From assembly GCA_018624035.1 (NCBI GenBank), contig JAAZUU010000001.1, forward strand, positions 4,080 through 68,079: DNA of 64,000 nt, in the 5' to 3' direction. The stretch is from Rhodobiaceae bacterium. Its GTDB lineage: Bacteria > Pseudomonadota > Alphaproteobacteria > Puniceispirillales > Puniceispirillaceae. Every line of letters starts with the position of its first letter. Positions within the stretch are counted from its first letter, which is position 1. Position numbers and translations under genes: made by a program. Under the pieces are notes generated by a model. The model saw only the letters and a list, made by a program, of their open reading frames with translations, ran no database searches and had not been told where the DNA came from. Positions 17,632 to 27,236 of this stretch are shown piece after piece.

Positions 17632-18646
17632 GATCTACCGCTCCGAGGCGCCTTGCATTCGCCTGTGCCCGCAACGCCAGTTCCATGACCTTGAAACAAT
17701 GATCCTGAACCATGGCGGTATCGGTGCGGTGCTTCACATCACTGATCAACCGCTCGAAATATGGCAGTGGCGCGTTCGAGGCGTCGATATATTCACACCG
17801 GTCCCGATTGACCAGGAACAGGTGGTCCGTGCCGTCACGCCCGGCGACATCCACATATTTCCGAAGCTCGATATAGCCCTCGGTGCCGAGAATAGTCAGC
17901 CGGCCATCGCCCCAGTTCGGCAAGGCATCGGGTGTGTACCAGTCAACCCGGACATAGCCACTGGCCTTGTCCGACCGCAGCAGGATCTCGCCAAAATCCT
18001 GAAGTCCGGGATGATCCGGATTTGCAAAATTGCCAACAGTCGACGAGACGATCTCGGCATCTCTGGAGCCGGTGAGATAGAGGAACTGGTCGACCTGATG
18101 CGAGGCTATATCGGTCAATATCCCGCCATAGGCCGTCTCGTCAAAGAACCAGTCGGGCCGGGTGGGCAGGTTCAGCCGATGCGGGCCCAGACCGACGGTT
18201 TGAATCACCGTGCCGATGGCCCCTTCGGCGATCAGCTCCGCAGCACGGGTGACAGCCGGAACCTCGAAACGTTCGGAAAAATCGATCGACCAGATGCGGC
18301 CTGTCTCGGCCACGCAGGCACGCAGCGCCGACAGCTGGTCCAGCGTCGTGCAGCCCGGCTTGTCTGTCATCACATCCTTGCCGGCCTTCATCGCCGCGAT
18401 GGCCACATCGGCACGCCGCGACGGGATATCGGCAATCAGGATCATGTCGATCTCGGGGTCCTGCAACAGTGTCTGTTTATCCGGCACCCGCGGAATATCG
18501 GGAAACCTCTTGATGAACCCTTCAATGGGTTGCGGCTCACCGTCCGTGTACCAGCCCTTGCAGACGCATCCATGCGACTGCATGTTCTCCAGCTGACCGA
18601 AGATATGCCGGTGGTCAATTCCAATCACGCCAACAGTAAGGGTCAC
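17624..18646 (-). CDS. Gfo/Idh/MocA family oxidoreductase with a degenerate dinucleotide loop (second of three)
   Basis: 340 aa with a GTG start in a GTGA overlap with the upstream gene. The N-terminus is TVGVIGIDHRHIFG rather than GxGxxG/A. The remainder resembles the family C-terminal domain. Confidence 0.6.
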   Translation of the reverse strand: MTLTVGVIGIDHRHIFGQLENMQSHGCVCKGWYTDGEPQPIEGFIKRFPDIPRVPDKQTLLQDPEIDMILIADIPSRRADVAIAAMKAGKDVMTDKPGCTTLDQLSALRACVAETGRIWSIDFSERFEVPAVTRAAELIAEGAIGTVIQTVGLGPHRLNLPTRPDWFFDETAYGGILTDIASHQVDQFLYLTGSRDAEIVSSTVGNFANPDHPGLQDFGEILLRSDKASGYVRVDWYTPDALPNWGDGRLTILGTEGYIELRKYVDVAGRDGTDHLFLVNRDRCEYIDASNAPLPYFERLISDVKHRTDTAMVQDHCFKVMELALRAQANARRLGAVDLA

Positions 18647-19680
18647 GTCATGGTCTCCAATGCAATGCGCCGCCCGCTTTCGGACGACTGTTCAAGGGCG
18701 GTAATCAGCCTGTGCACATCAAGCGCCATGGCACCGGTGACCCGCGGATCGCGATCTGTCCTTATCGCCTCGGCGAAATCGGCAATCAGGGATTGATGCC
18801 AGTCGAACGGGAACGCCATCGGATCGGCCCCGCCGCCGGTTCCGGTTGCCTCGCCGCCGAATGTTTCGACCCGGCCATCGCGCCAGTGGACTGTCAGGAC
18901 GCCGGCCTGCAGCGTGGCGGCGGCATGGTCAAAATCAAATTGCAGGCTTTCCGCCTCACCCGGGTAGCTGGCGGTGCTGGCAAAGAGCATGCCGACAGCG
19001 CCATTGGCAAACTGCATCGCCGCCGCCGTGACGTCCTCGGCCTCCATCCGATGCAGGGGTGTGGTGGCGCATATTGCCTGTACCGACGCGACCGGTCCGG
19101 TCAGCGACAGCATGAGATCCAGCGTGTGAATGGCCTGGCTGATCAGGACACCGCCACCATCGCGGGCATAGCTGCCGCGGCCGGGCTCGTCATAATAGGC
19201 CTGGTCGCGCCACCAGGGCACATTGGCGCGGACCACGTGGACCGTGCCAAGTGTGCCTGACTGAACAAGCTCAGCCAGTTTTTCCGAGGCGGCGCGGAAT
19301 CGATGCTGGAACACAACACCAAGGCGAACACCGGCCCTGTCACATGTCTCGACGATGGCCCGCGCCTGCGGCAGATCGCGCTCAAGCGGCTTTTCAGACA
19401 GGATATGTTTTCCTCTATCGGCAAACAGCGTGACGATGTCCTGACGCGCATTGGGCGGGGTGATCAGAATCAGCGCCTCGACCTGCGGATTGTCGGCAAG
19501 GGCTTGCAGATCGTCTGCGGCGGGAAATCCGTAGGTCTCGGTGAATGACCGGCGCGCCGCCTCGCTTCGTGCGAAGGCCCCACAGACCTCGATGCGATCC
19601 GAAAGTGCCTGCAGGGCCAGCGCATGCGGCTTTGCCGCCATGCCCAAACCGACAACAGCCACCCCCAGCTTGCGGGTCAT
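18643..19680 (-). CDS. Gfo/Idh/MocA family oxidoreductase (first of three)
   Basis: 345 aa: LGVAVVGLGMAAKPH. ATGA overlap with the ATPase gene. Confidence 0.75.
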   Translation of the reverse strand: MTRKLGVAVVGLGMAAKPHALALQALSDRIEVCGAFARSEAARRSFTETYGFPAADDLQALADNPQVEALILITPPNARQDIVTLFADRGKHILSEKPLERDLPQARAIVETCDRAGVRLGVVFQHRFRAASEKLAELVQSGTLGTVHVVRANVPWWRDQAYYDEPGRGSYARDGGGVLISQAIHTLDLMLSLTGPVASVQAICATTPLHRMEAEDVTAAAMQFANGAVGMLFASTASYPGEAESLQFDFDHAAATLQAGVLTVHWRDGRVETFGGEATGTGGGADPMAFPFDWHQSLIADFAEAIRTDRDPRVTGAMALDVHRLITALEQSSESGRRIALETMT

Positions 19681-20765
19681 GACGGAACCCCGTTCGCCAG
19701 CGTCAGCCCGTTCCGGTCGAAGATATGCAGTTTTGACCGGTCTATGCTGAGCGCGACTTCCTCACCCTCGCTCACCGACAGCTGGCCGGGGCGATGCACG
19801 GTGATTTGCGGCAACCCCTCGACCTCGCAATAGAGATAGGTCTCGCCGCCCAACTGCTCGGACAGGGCGCAGCTTGCGATCAGGTCGGCCCTGTCTGGGC
19901 TGGTCACGTCCATATGTTCCGGCCGGATTCCGAAGGAGCATTTGTCACCCGGCGCCAGCCCGTCAACCGGTGGGATGGCGATGGCGCAGGGTCCGGCACG
20001 CAGCACAAGGCCGGCCTTGCCGGTCTCGACGCGGGCATCAAGGATGTTCATTCGGGGTGATCCGATGAATCCCGCGACAAAGGCATTCTGTGGATTATTA
20101 TACAGATCAAGTGGCGTTCCCACCTGCTCAATCAGACCTTCGTTCAACACCACGATCTTGTCGGCCAGCGTCATCGCTTCCACCTGGTCGTGGGTTACAT
20201 AGATCATGGTGCCGCCGATGCTGGCATGAAGCGTTGCCAGCTCCTTGCGCATCGTCACACGCAGTTCGGCATCCAGATTTGAGAGCGGCTCGTCGAACAG
20301 GAAGGCCCGCGGGTCGCGCACGATGGCACGTCCGATGGCCACGCGTTGGCGTTGCCCGCCCGACAGGGCCTTGGGCTTGCGCTCCAGATAATCCTCGAGC
20401 TGCAGCATGCGCGCTGCGGCCCTCACGCGATTGTCGATTTCGGTGCGTGGCATTTTCGAATTCTCCAGTCCGAATGCCATGTTCTTGTAAATCGACATAT
20501 GCGGGTACAGTGCATAGGACTGGAACACCATGGCGAGCCCCCGTTCGGACGCCGGAATGTCGTTGACCGTGTCGCCATTGATAATGACGGACCCGCTGGT
20601 GATGTCTTCCAACCCCGCAATGATCCGCAGCAATGTGGATTTGCCACAGCCAGACGGTCCGACGAAAACGCAGAACTCGCCCGAATCCACCTGCAGATCG
20701 ACGCCATGGATGACCTCGACCTCGCCATAGGCCTTTTTCACTTCAGACAGTCGAATTCTGGTCAT
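19677..20765 (-). CDS. Sugar ABC transporter ATP-binding protein (MalK/UgpC type)
   Basis: 362 aa. Walker [10 protein letters not shown], signature [14 protein letters not shown], Walker [11 protein letters not shown], and a C-terminal MalK-like regulatory domain. Confidence 0.85.
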   Translation of the reverse strand: MTRIRLSEVKKAYGEVEVIHGVDLQVDSGEFCVFVGPSGCGKSTLLRIIAGLEDITSGSVIINGDTVNDIPASERGLAMVFQSYALYPHMSIYKNMAFGLENSKMPRTEIDNRVRAAARMLQLEDYLERKPKALSGGQRQRVAIGRAIVRDPRAFLFDEPLSNLDAELRVTMRKELATLHASIGGTMIYVTHDQVEAMTLADKIVVLNEGLIEQVGTPLDLYNNPQNAFVAGFIGSPRMNILDARVETGKAGLVLRAGPCAIAIPPVDGLAPGDKCSFGIRPEHMDVTSPDRADLIASCALSEQLGGETYLYCEVEGLPQITVHRPGQLSVSEGEEVALSIDRSKLHIFDRNGLTLANGVPS

Positions 20766-20783
20766 TGGTCCTCTTCCAATATT

Positions 20784-20835
20784 TCTGGTCCGTCTTGCTG
20801 GCCCGTCCTGCTGGCCCGTCCTGCTGGCCCAATCC
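20784..20835. repeat. 13-bp tandem repeat x4 (GCTGGCCCGTCCT; two perfect, two degenerate copies) in the 2-hydroxyacid-dehydrogenase / ATPase intercistronic spacer
   Basis: Read directly: tctggtccgtctt | gctggcccgtcct | gctggcccgtcct | gctggcccaatcc. Confidence 0.9.
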
Positions 20836-21845
20836 TATCTGCTGCGCATCGCCGCCGCCTGTTTCGGATCCGCCTTCTGCATGCGAAGCGGCGGATGGCC
20901 ATTCAGGATCTGGCCGATATCGTCGAGCATGAATTCGCGAATGCGGGCATAGGACGCCTCGAGCCCGCCCGCCAGATGTGATGAGAAAAGGGTGTTGCCG
21001 GCTTTGCGCCACGGGCTGTCCACCGCCGCGGGTTCTTCGGGAAAAACATCCACAACAGCGCGAAAGGCGCCGGAGTCGGCAAGCGACAGGAAATCCTCGA
21101 AATCAACGATTTCGGCACGCGAGGCGAGAACGACCGTCGCGTCAGGGCGTATTTCAGACAGCCGTTTCCGGTTCAGGAAACCTTCATTCTCGGTGGTGAC
21201 GCCGGCCAGAAGGAACAGCACATCCGATTGCGAGACAGCGTCATCCAGACTGGTCGGCTCCAGCCCCTCTGAGCGCAGATAGCCGTCGGATAGCCAGGGG
21301 TCATAGACTTTCAGACGCACGCCAAAGGGACGCAGCAACGGCGCAAGCGCACGACCGAGATTGCCGTAGCCAACAAGCGCGACATCCGCGCCATAGAGCG
21401 ATTTCGCACGCAGGTTGCCGGCAATGCCATAGGCCTCCTGACCGGTCCGGAACAGCGCATCGGCATTGCCGAGACCGCGAAGCGAAATGATCGCCTGTGC
21501 GACGCAATATTCAGCCACGGCGGGTGCCATGGCCGGGGCGGCGGACAGGACATGAATGCCGCGGGCATGGCACTCCTCATAGTCGATATTCGGCTCCCAA
21601 TTGGCTTTCACATTCAGGATCGCGCGCAAATTCGGCGCGCGGTCCAGACGCTCACGGTCCATTGCTGTCTGCCCGATGATGATCGTCATCCGCTGCAGAT
21701 TGGCCTCGACCATCTCGTCTGGCGCGCGCGCCCCCCAATGCGTCACAACCTCGCCCATCCGAGCCAGCGCGGCGGCGCAGTCAGGCGTGAAGACCATCGC
21801 CTCATTGCGGGGGAACGGGTCCATGAAGATCAGCGGACGGGTCAT
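20835..21845 (-). CDS. D-isomer-specific 2-hydroxyacid dehydrogenase family protein
   Basis: I use the internal ATG at comp(21843-21845), which is in an ATGA overlap with the upstream permease stop. It gives MTRPLIFMDPF. NAD loop VALVGYGNLGRAL; C-terminal HLAG context. Confidence 0.7.
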   Translation of the reverse strand: MTRPLIFMDPFPRNEAMVFTPDCAAALARMGEVVTHWGARAPDEMVEANLQRMTIIIGQTAMDRERLDRAPNLRAILNVKANWEPNIDYEECHARGIHVLSAAPAMAPAVAEYCVAQAIISLRGLGNADALFRTGQEAYGIAGNLRAKSLYGADVALVGYGNLGRALAPLLRPFGVRLKVYDPWLSDGYLRSEGLEPTSLDDAVSQSDVLFLLAGVTTENEGFLNRKRLSEIRPDATVVLASRAEIVDFEDFLSLADSGAFRAVVDVFPEEPAAVDSPWRKAGNTLFSSHLAGGLEASYARIREFMLDDIGQILNGHPPLRMQKADPKQAAAMRSR

Positions 21846-22921
21846 TTCATCCCCGATGAAGCTATGCCGGTGGTGATGAATTTCTGCAGAAAGGCAAAGA
21901 CCAGCGTCACCGGGATCAACGTGACCACGGTCATCGCCAGTATGTAATGCCACTGCACATCGAGTTCTCCCTGAAAGGCATTCAGTCCAACCTGCAGCGT
22001 GTAGACCTCGGAGCGGTTCAGCACGATCAGCGGCCAGAGGAAGTCATTCCACCGCCACATGATCGAAAAAATTGCCAGAACGGCGATCGCCGGCATCGCC
22101 AGAGGCAGCACAACCTTCCAGTAGATTGCCCATTCGCTGGCCCGGTCCATTCGCGCGGCCTCGATCAGATCCTTGGGAATGGTCAGCATATATTGCCGGA
22201 GCAGGAATACGCCTGTCGGCGTCGCCGCGCCGGGCAGGATCACCGCCCATAGCGAATTGATCATGCCCATCGAGGTCACCACCAGATACACCGGCACAAG
22301 GATGATCGTAATCGGGATCATCAGCGTTCCGATCACGAACATCATGATCGCGCCGCGTCCACGGAATTCATAAATCGCAAGCCCGTAGGCCGCCATCGAG
22401 TTGATCAGCAGCGTGACCAGGGTCGCCACCACGGTCACCACCACGGAGTTGTAGAGGTAGCGGGTAAAATCGAACCGTTCCAGCGGATCCCGGTAATTGT
22501 CCCACGCCATGCGGAACTCGCGGACCTCAGTGCGCTGATTGATCGGCACCTTGTATTTCTCGCCCGGATTTGCCGGGTCGACCATCTGACTGATGATCCC
22601 GATGCGGCGCACCTGGGCCAATTGCTTGACCGTGCCATCCTCCAATGTGGCCTCGAAGAGGGGTAGCGGCTTGTCATATCCCTCGACCTGTACCTCGATC
22701 TGCCCCAGCGGCAGGAATGTCGGCGGAAACTCCAGCAAGGCCGAGGATGTCTTGAATGAGGACATGGTCAGCCAGATCACCGGCCCGAACATCAGGAAAA
22801 TACCAAATGCCAGATAGAGATAGGTGAAGACATCGGTCCAGTGTGTACGCCCGTTCCTGCCGCGTCTGGCGTTCAGCAGGCCGCGCAGGGTGCGGGTTGG
22901 CGTGGCGGCGGCGTCAGACAT
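21842..22921 (-). CDS. CUT1 sugar ABC transporter permease (MalG-like) with a long periplasmic loop after TM1
   Basis: 359 aa with an EAA-like loop (LIEAARMDRASEWAIYWKVVLP). A roughly 100-aa insert follows the first TM segment. Confidence 0.8.
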   Translation of the reverse strand: MSDAAATPTRTLRGLLNARRGRNGRTHWTDVFTYLYLAFGIFLMFGPVIWLTMSSFKTSSALLEFPPTFLPLGQIEVQVEGYDKPLPLFEATLEDGTVKQLAQVRRIGIISQMVDPANPGEKYKVPINQRTEVREFRMAWDNYRDPLERFDFTRYLYNSVVVTVVATLVTLLINSMAAYGLAIYEFRGRGAIMMFVIGTLMIPITIILVPVYLVVTSMGMINSLWAVILPGAATPTGVFLLRQYMLTIPKDLIEAARMDRASEWAIYWKVVLPLAMPAIAVLAIFSIMWRWNDFLWPLIVLNRSEVYTLQVGLNAFQGELDVQWHYILAMTVVTLIPVTLVFAFLQKFITTGIASSGMK

Positions 22922-23930
22922 CGTCCTTCCTCCTTGTGGCGGCGAGCTGGGCCATCGTCAGAATGAACAGGGCGACGCCAAGCGCCACCGATGCGGCGGA
23001 GGCCAGGCCGAAATTCTGCACCTGGTTGGTGAAGCCGGTGTTGTAGATATACTGGACAATGAACTGTGTGGCGGTGCCCGGTCCTCCGCCCGTCAGAACA
23101 AAGACCTCGTCGAAAATCTGCACGCCCTTGATCAAGGCCAGCACGATCACCACCAGCATGTTGGGCCAGAGAAGCGGCAGGGTAATGCGCCAGAAGACCC
23201 GTTCCTTGCTGGTGCCATCCATCTCGGCAGCCTCGTAGAGGTCCGGCGGAATGGCTTGCAGTCCGGCAAGCAGGATCAGGGTGTAAAAGCCCATATGTGC
23301 CCAGATCGAGACAAAGACCGCCCAGAACATCGACCATTCGGGGCTGACGAAGAACAGAATCTTGTCCAGTCCGATTGAAACAAGAAACGCGTTCAGAATG
23401 CCGTCGCGCAGCAGGATCCATTTCCAGATGAGCGCGACGACGACGGGCGAGAGCAGAACCGGAAAGAAGAAAACAGCGCGGAAAAAGCCGCGCGCCCGGA
23501 TTTCGCGGTTCAGGATCAGCGCCGTGATCAGCGAGAACAGCACCATGAAACTCACCTGGAAGATGATGAATATCGAGGTGTTGTAGATTCCTTTCCAGAA
23601 CCGGTCCTCGCGACAGGTCTGGGGGTCCGCATATGTCTGGCAGTCCAGCAGGAAGCCGTACTGCTCGGTCCCGACAAAGGGCCGGTTATCCAGATACAGC
23701 TGGGTGCCGCCGGTCAGCGAATAGAAGAAATTGATAAACAGAGGCACGATCACGAAGAGGCCGAAAAACGCCAGGTTCGGCAGCAGAAAGATCCAGGGCA
23801 TCCGCTTGATGCCGAGGCCACGCTGAAGAGCGGCGAGCGGCGGTTCCAGAACCGTGAACAGCAACCTGACAGGCGCGCCCGCGAGGCTGGCCATCCGCTC
23901 ACCCATATTGTGATCGCTCTGCAGTGCCAA
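22914..23930 (-). CDS. CUT1 sugar ABC transporter permease (MalF-like)
   Basis: 338 aa. The TTG start at 23930 is supported by AGGAG 6 nt upstream. EAA loop: LYEAAEMDGTSKERVFWRITLP. Confidence 0.8.
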   Translation of the reverse strand: MALQSDHNMGERMASLAGAPVRLLFTVLEPPLAALQRGLGIKRMPWIFLLPNLAFFGLFVIVPLFINFFYSLTGGTQLYLDNRPFVGTEQYGFLLDCQTYADPQTCREDRFWKGIYNTSIFIIFQVSFMVLFSLITALILNREIRARGFFRAVFFFPVLLSPVVVALIWKWILLRDGILNAFLVSIGLDKILFFVSPEWSMFWAVFVSIWAHMGFYTLILLAGLQAIPPDLYEAAEMDGTSKERVFWRITLPLLWPNMLVVIVLALIKGVQIFDEVFVLTGGGPGTATQFIVQYIYNTGFTNQVQNFGLASAASVALGVALFILTMAQLAATRRKDDV

Positions 23931-23948
23931 GGTGCACTCCTGTAAATG

Positions 23949-23979
23949 AAAAACCCCGGCCCGGATAATCGGGCCGGGG
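23949..23979 (-). terminator. Intrinsic terminator/attenuator between the sugar-binding-protein and permease genes
   Basis: 10-bp GC stem CCCCGGCCCG / CGGGCCGGGG with a 6-nt loop, then T5 on the minus strand. It lies 12 nt after the SBP stop. Confidence 0.7.
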
Positions 23980-23990
23980 CAGAGGCGTGA

Positions 23991-25268
23991 CTACTGGCGG
24001 CTCTTTTCGGCCAGTGCCTTGGTGATGTCGGCAGACATCCTGTCATAGGCCTCGTCGAGCGTCAGTTCGCCGACAATGGCTTCGTTCAGACGGCTGATCA
24101 GCGCGTTGAACATCACCCGGTTGTTGGCATAGCCCTGCAGGTCGAAGGCCACGGGCGAGATGCCCGGCACGGCGCCGGCAAAGGTGGCCAGCGCATGCTT
24201 GGCGCGCGGGTCATCAGTGGCAAAGTCAACGCCACCCTGAGCCAGACCAAGGTGACCCGGAATGAACAGTGTCTTGCCATAGAATTCGGCCATCTGCTCT
24301 TCCTGGGCCAGGAAGTCCATCAGCTTTGCGACTTCCGCGGGGTGGTCGGTGCCAGCCATGCCGACAAGCGCGGCGCCACCCGGCATGCCGGTGCAGGCAG
24401 CAGGACCACATGGCGCGGGAACTGCCCACCAGTCGAAGGCATCACCGATCGTCTCGGCGAATTGCGGGATCTGCCAGGAGCCGGACATGTACATCACGAC
24501 CTGTGCGTTGGCGAAATCCTCATTCGCGCCAAGATAGCTCGATCCCGAGACCGATCCCCAGAGTTCCTTCGACATGGTACCGTCCTGGTGCCAGTCATAG
24601 AGACGCTGGGTCATCGCCTTCAGGCCGTCATCAATCAGCGCCGGATTGCCGTCTGCGTCAAACATCTTGGCGCCCATGGCGATGGCCGGGCCGGACACGC
24701 GGTGGCCGGAACGGTCCCAGGCCATCGGAATCGGAATATCCAGCTTGTCGGCAACCTGATTTACCGCGGTGGCATAGTCGTCCCAGGTTGCGCCCTTGCC
24801 GGGAAGAGCCACTCCCGCCTGCTCAAACAGCGTCTTGTTGACGTAGGGTCCGGTAACGGTCAGCTGCGTCATGAAGCCGTTGATGGCGTCCCCGTCAGGA
24901 TCCAGCCACTTCAGGAAGGGGCCGAAATTTGTCTTCCAGTAGCCGGTGTCGGCAAGATAGGGAGTCATGTCGAGATAATGCTCCGACAGACCACCAAGGT
25001 CGGTCACACGGGCCAGATCAGGACCCTCGCCAGCGGCCAGCTGTACGGGAAGCCCCTCGATGATGGCCTTGTAGGGCACCACGTCGAGCACGACCGAGAT
25101 GTCGGGGTTCTGTGACTCAAAGCGGTCCAGCAGCCCCTGCATGACTTCACCCTCGATCCCGTCATTATACCAGGTCATCCGCAGTTCAGTCTGCGCCAAC
25201 GCGGCACTTGCCGAGAAGCCAAGCGCCAGCGCGCCTGTTGCTATCAATGTTCTGAATTTACCGGTCAT
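23991..25268 (-). CDS. CUT1 sugar ABC transporter substrate-binding protein
   Basis: 425 aa with GGAGGAG SD and signal peptide MTGKFRTLIATGALALGFSASAALA. Family-1 extracellular solute-binding pattern. Confidence 0.8.
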   Translation of the reverse strand: MTGKFRTLIATGALALGFSASAALAQTELRMTWYNDGIEGEVMQGLLDRFESQNPDISVVLDVVPYKAIIEGLPVQLAAGEGPDLARVTDLGGLSEHYLDMTPYLADTGYWKTNFGPFLKWLDPDGDAINGFMTQLTVTGPYVNKTLFEQAGVALPGKGATWDDYATAVNQVADKLDIPIPMAWDRSGHRVSGPAIAMGAKMFDADGNPALIDDGLKAMTQRLYDWHQDGTMSKELWGSVSGSSYLGANEDFANAQVVMYMSGSWQIPQFAETIGDAFDWWAVPAPCGPAACTGMPGGAALVGMAGTDHPAEVAKLMDFLAQEEQMAEFYGKTLFIPGHLGLAQGGVDFATDDPRAKHALATFAGAVPGISPVAFDLQGYANNRVMFNALISRLNEAIVGELTLDEAYDRMSADITKALAEKSRQ

Positions 25269-25321
25269 AGTCTCCTCCTAGTTGAGTTTTAAATCATAAG
25301 CTCCCGGTAGGAACCTTGTCA

Positions 25322-25975
25322 TTATTGTTCGAGCTCCAGCACTGAGGCCACATGGTCGGCCATGGCTTTCGCCGCTCCGGCGACATCGCCGTTCCGAATG
25401 CGATCCATGATCAACAGATGTTCATCATAGGCTCTGCGTGACCGCATTGGAATTCCTGCCATCATCGAATAGCGTTGGCGATCGACATGGCCTTTCACCG
25501 ATTGTACGAGCTTCCAGGCTGTCGGCGTGCCTGCCAGTTCGGCGAGTTTTGCATGAAATGATTCGTCATGACGGAAGAATGTTGCAAAGTCGTCAGCCTC
25601 CGCGGCGGCGGCCTGCTGCGCGAGTATCAGGTCCAGCTCCCTGAAATCAACGGCGCTGCCGGCCAGTGTCTCGACCACCGCGCATTCAAGTGCCGCACGA
25701 ATGAAAACGGCTTCGTTCAACTGCCCGACATCCAGCCCAGCCACCAATGTGCCGACCTGCGGGCGCACGGAAACCAGCCCGTCTGTTGCCAGCTGCTGGA
25801 GCGCTGCCCGCAACGGCGTGCGGCTTACGTTGAATTCCTGTGCAAGACATGCCTCGGAGATTCGCTCGCCAGGTTGCAGAGTGTTGTCGACGATGCGCTG
25901 TCGCAAAATCTCGTAAAGCTGCGGCGGAATGGGCTTCGTCAGGTCCAGCCCTGTCTGCAGGACGCGCATATTCAT
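25322..25975 (-). CDS. GntR-family transcriptional regulator (FadR/FCD subfamily)
   Basis: HTH region LYEILRQRIVDNTLQPGERISEACLAQEFNVSRTPLRAALQQL followed by an FCD-like helical domain. I use the internal ATG MNMRVLQ; the start is uncertain (track ORF extends to 26035). Confidence 0.7.
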   Translation of the reverse strand: MNMRVLQTGLDLTKPIPPQLYEILRQRIVDNTLQPGERISEACLAQEFNVSRTPLRAALQQLATDGLVSVRPQVGTLVAGLDVGQLNEAVFIRAALECAVVETLAGSAVDFRELDLILAQQAAAAEADDFATFFRHDESFHAKLAELAGTPTAWKLVQSVKGHVDRQRYSMMAGIPMRSRRAYDEHLLIMDRIRNGDVAGAAKAMADHVASVLELEQ

Positions 25976-26330
25976 GCCGCCACCCGGGCCAGGCCGGTCA
26001 CCACAACGCGCCGTTCCGCAATGTCCATCAGGCACCCGACAGCCCTTTTGTCGGGTTGTGACCTCTTGCCGAATCGTGAAACGACCTCAGACCGTCCCTG
26101 TCGAACCGGGACAGGGGGATGGATTGTGACGAGCGGAAGGGTCGTGGCAGGGGCCCGGGCCGTGCACAGGCTTGCGCGGCGTGGGGCTGTCACGGCAAAT
26201 TTCGTACCTCTTTGACACACAACACCCGAATGGTCTCTGCCATCTGGTCCCATGCGTTGCCGCGTTTCTTGCACCCTGTCCCCCGACCTTTATGCTTGAA
26301 TGCTAGTACACCAGATTGCAGGTCAGCACA

Positions 26331-27236
26331 ATGAAATCCCTTTCACGCCCGGAACTGTGGCGACTTCTCGGTCCCGGAGCTTCTGATGAGCGCAGCCACG
26401 TTGTCGTTGCGGACCATGTTGATGGCGATTTGCGAATCCGGCATTTCCGATGTGGAAAGTCGCGGATTCCCGCTGTGTCGATGGCGCCGGTCGATTCCAC
26501 GCCGGGTGCGCCGGCACTGCTGTATTGCCATGCTCATGGAAACGCCTATGACATCGGGAAGTCCGAGGTCCTTGAAGGACGCCCGGCGCTGCAGGATCCG
26601 CCGCTGGCAAAGGTGATCGCGCGCACCGGATGGACCGTATTCTGCGCCGATATGCCGGGGTTTGGCGCGCGCCAGTCGCTGGGAGATGAATCGGCGCTTG
26701 CCAAGTCGGCGCACTGGCATGGACAAACATTGCTTGGCCAGATGGTGAATGACCAGCTGCTGGCACTGGACGTCCTGATTGATGCCGTTCGACCGTCGCG
26801 CATCGCGACACTGGGAATATCCATGGGCGGGACCCTGGCCTATATGGTTGCCGCCCTGCGCGAGGACATCGTCGCGGCGGCGCATCTCTGTGTCTTCGCC
26901 GACATGGCGCCACTGATCAAGGATGGCGCGCATGACCTTCATGGCCCCTACATGACGATCCCGGGGTTGTTGAAGGAACATGACATGAGTTCCATTGCCG
27001 CTCTGATCGCCCCACGGCACCAATTCGTGGCGACAGGCGATGCCGACCCGTTGACCCCGGAGGCTGCCTATGCGCCGGCGATGGCGACGCTTGCAAGGGC
27101 CTACCGGGATCATCCTGAAAGGCTGACGGTCATCCGCGACATGGCGGCCGGGCATCAGGAAACACCGGACATGCGAAAGGCAGTCCTGTCGTTTCTTGCC
27201 GGCCTTTCACAGCGCGCCGGGCATCTGTCTGCATGA
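26331..27236 (+). CDS. Alpha/beta hydrolase (dienelactone hydrolase/esterase-like)
   Basis: I use the first ATG (the track start at 26316 is a TTG). Nucleophile elbow GISMGG; ...LLYCHAHGN... Confidence 0.55.
   Translation: MKSLSRPELWRLLGPGASDERSHVVVADHVDGDLRIRHFRCGKSRIPAVSMAPVDSTPGAPALLYCHAHGNAYDIGKSEVLEGRPALQDPPLAKVIARTGWTVFCADMPGFGARQSLGDESALAKSAHWHGQTLLGQMVNDQLLALDVLIDAVRPSRIATLGISMGGTLAYMVAALREDIVAAAHLCVFADMAPLIKDGAHDLHGPYMTIPGLLKEHDMSSIAALIAPRHQFVATGDADPLTPEAAYAPAMATLARAYRDHPERLTVIRDMAAGHQETPDMRKAVLSFLAGLSQRAGHLSA

Noticed and set aside
20797-20835. G-quadruplex formed by the GGG runs of the 13-bp repeat on the coding strand
   Set aside because: There are only three clean GGG tracts, with 10-nt loops, and a fourth run is missing. 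This falls below the usual criteria.
25269-26330. Operator for the FCD-type GntR regulator near 25311-25325, a hairpin at 26095-26117 (CCCTGTC-N7-GACAGGG) and a quasi-palindrome at 26301-26313
   Set aside because: The candidate sequences are short and poorly symmetric, and they are not repeated elsewhere in the operon. I could not distinguish them from chance.
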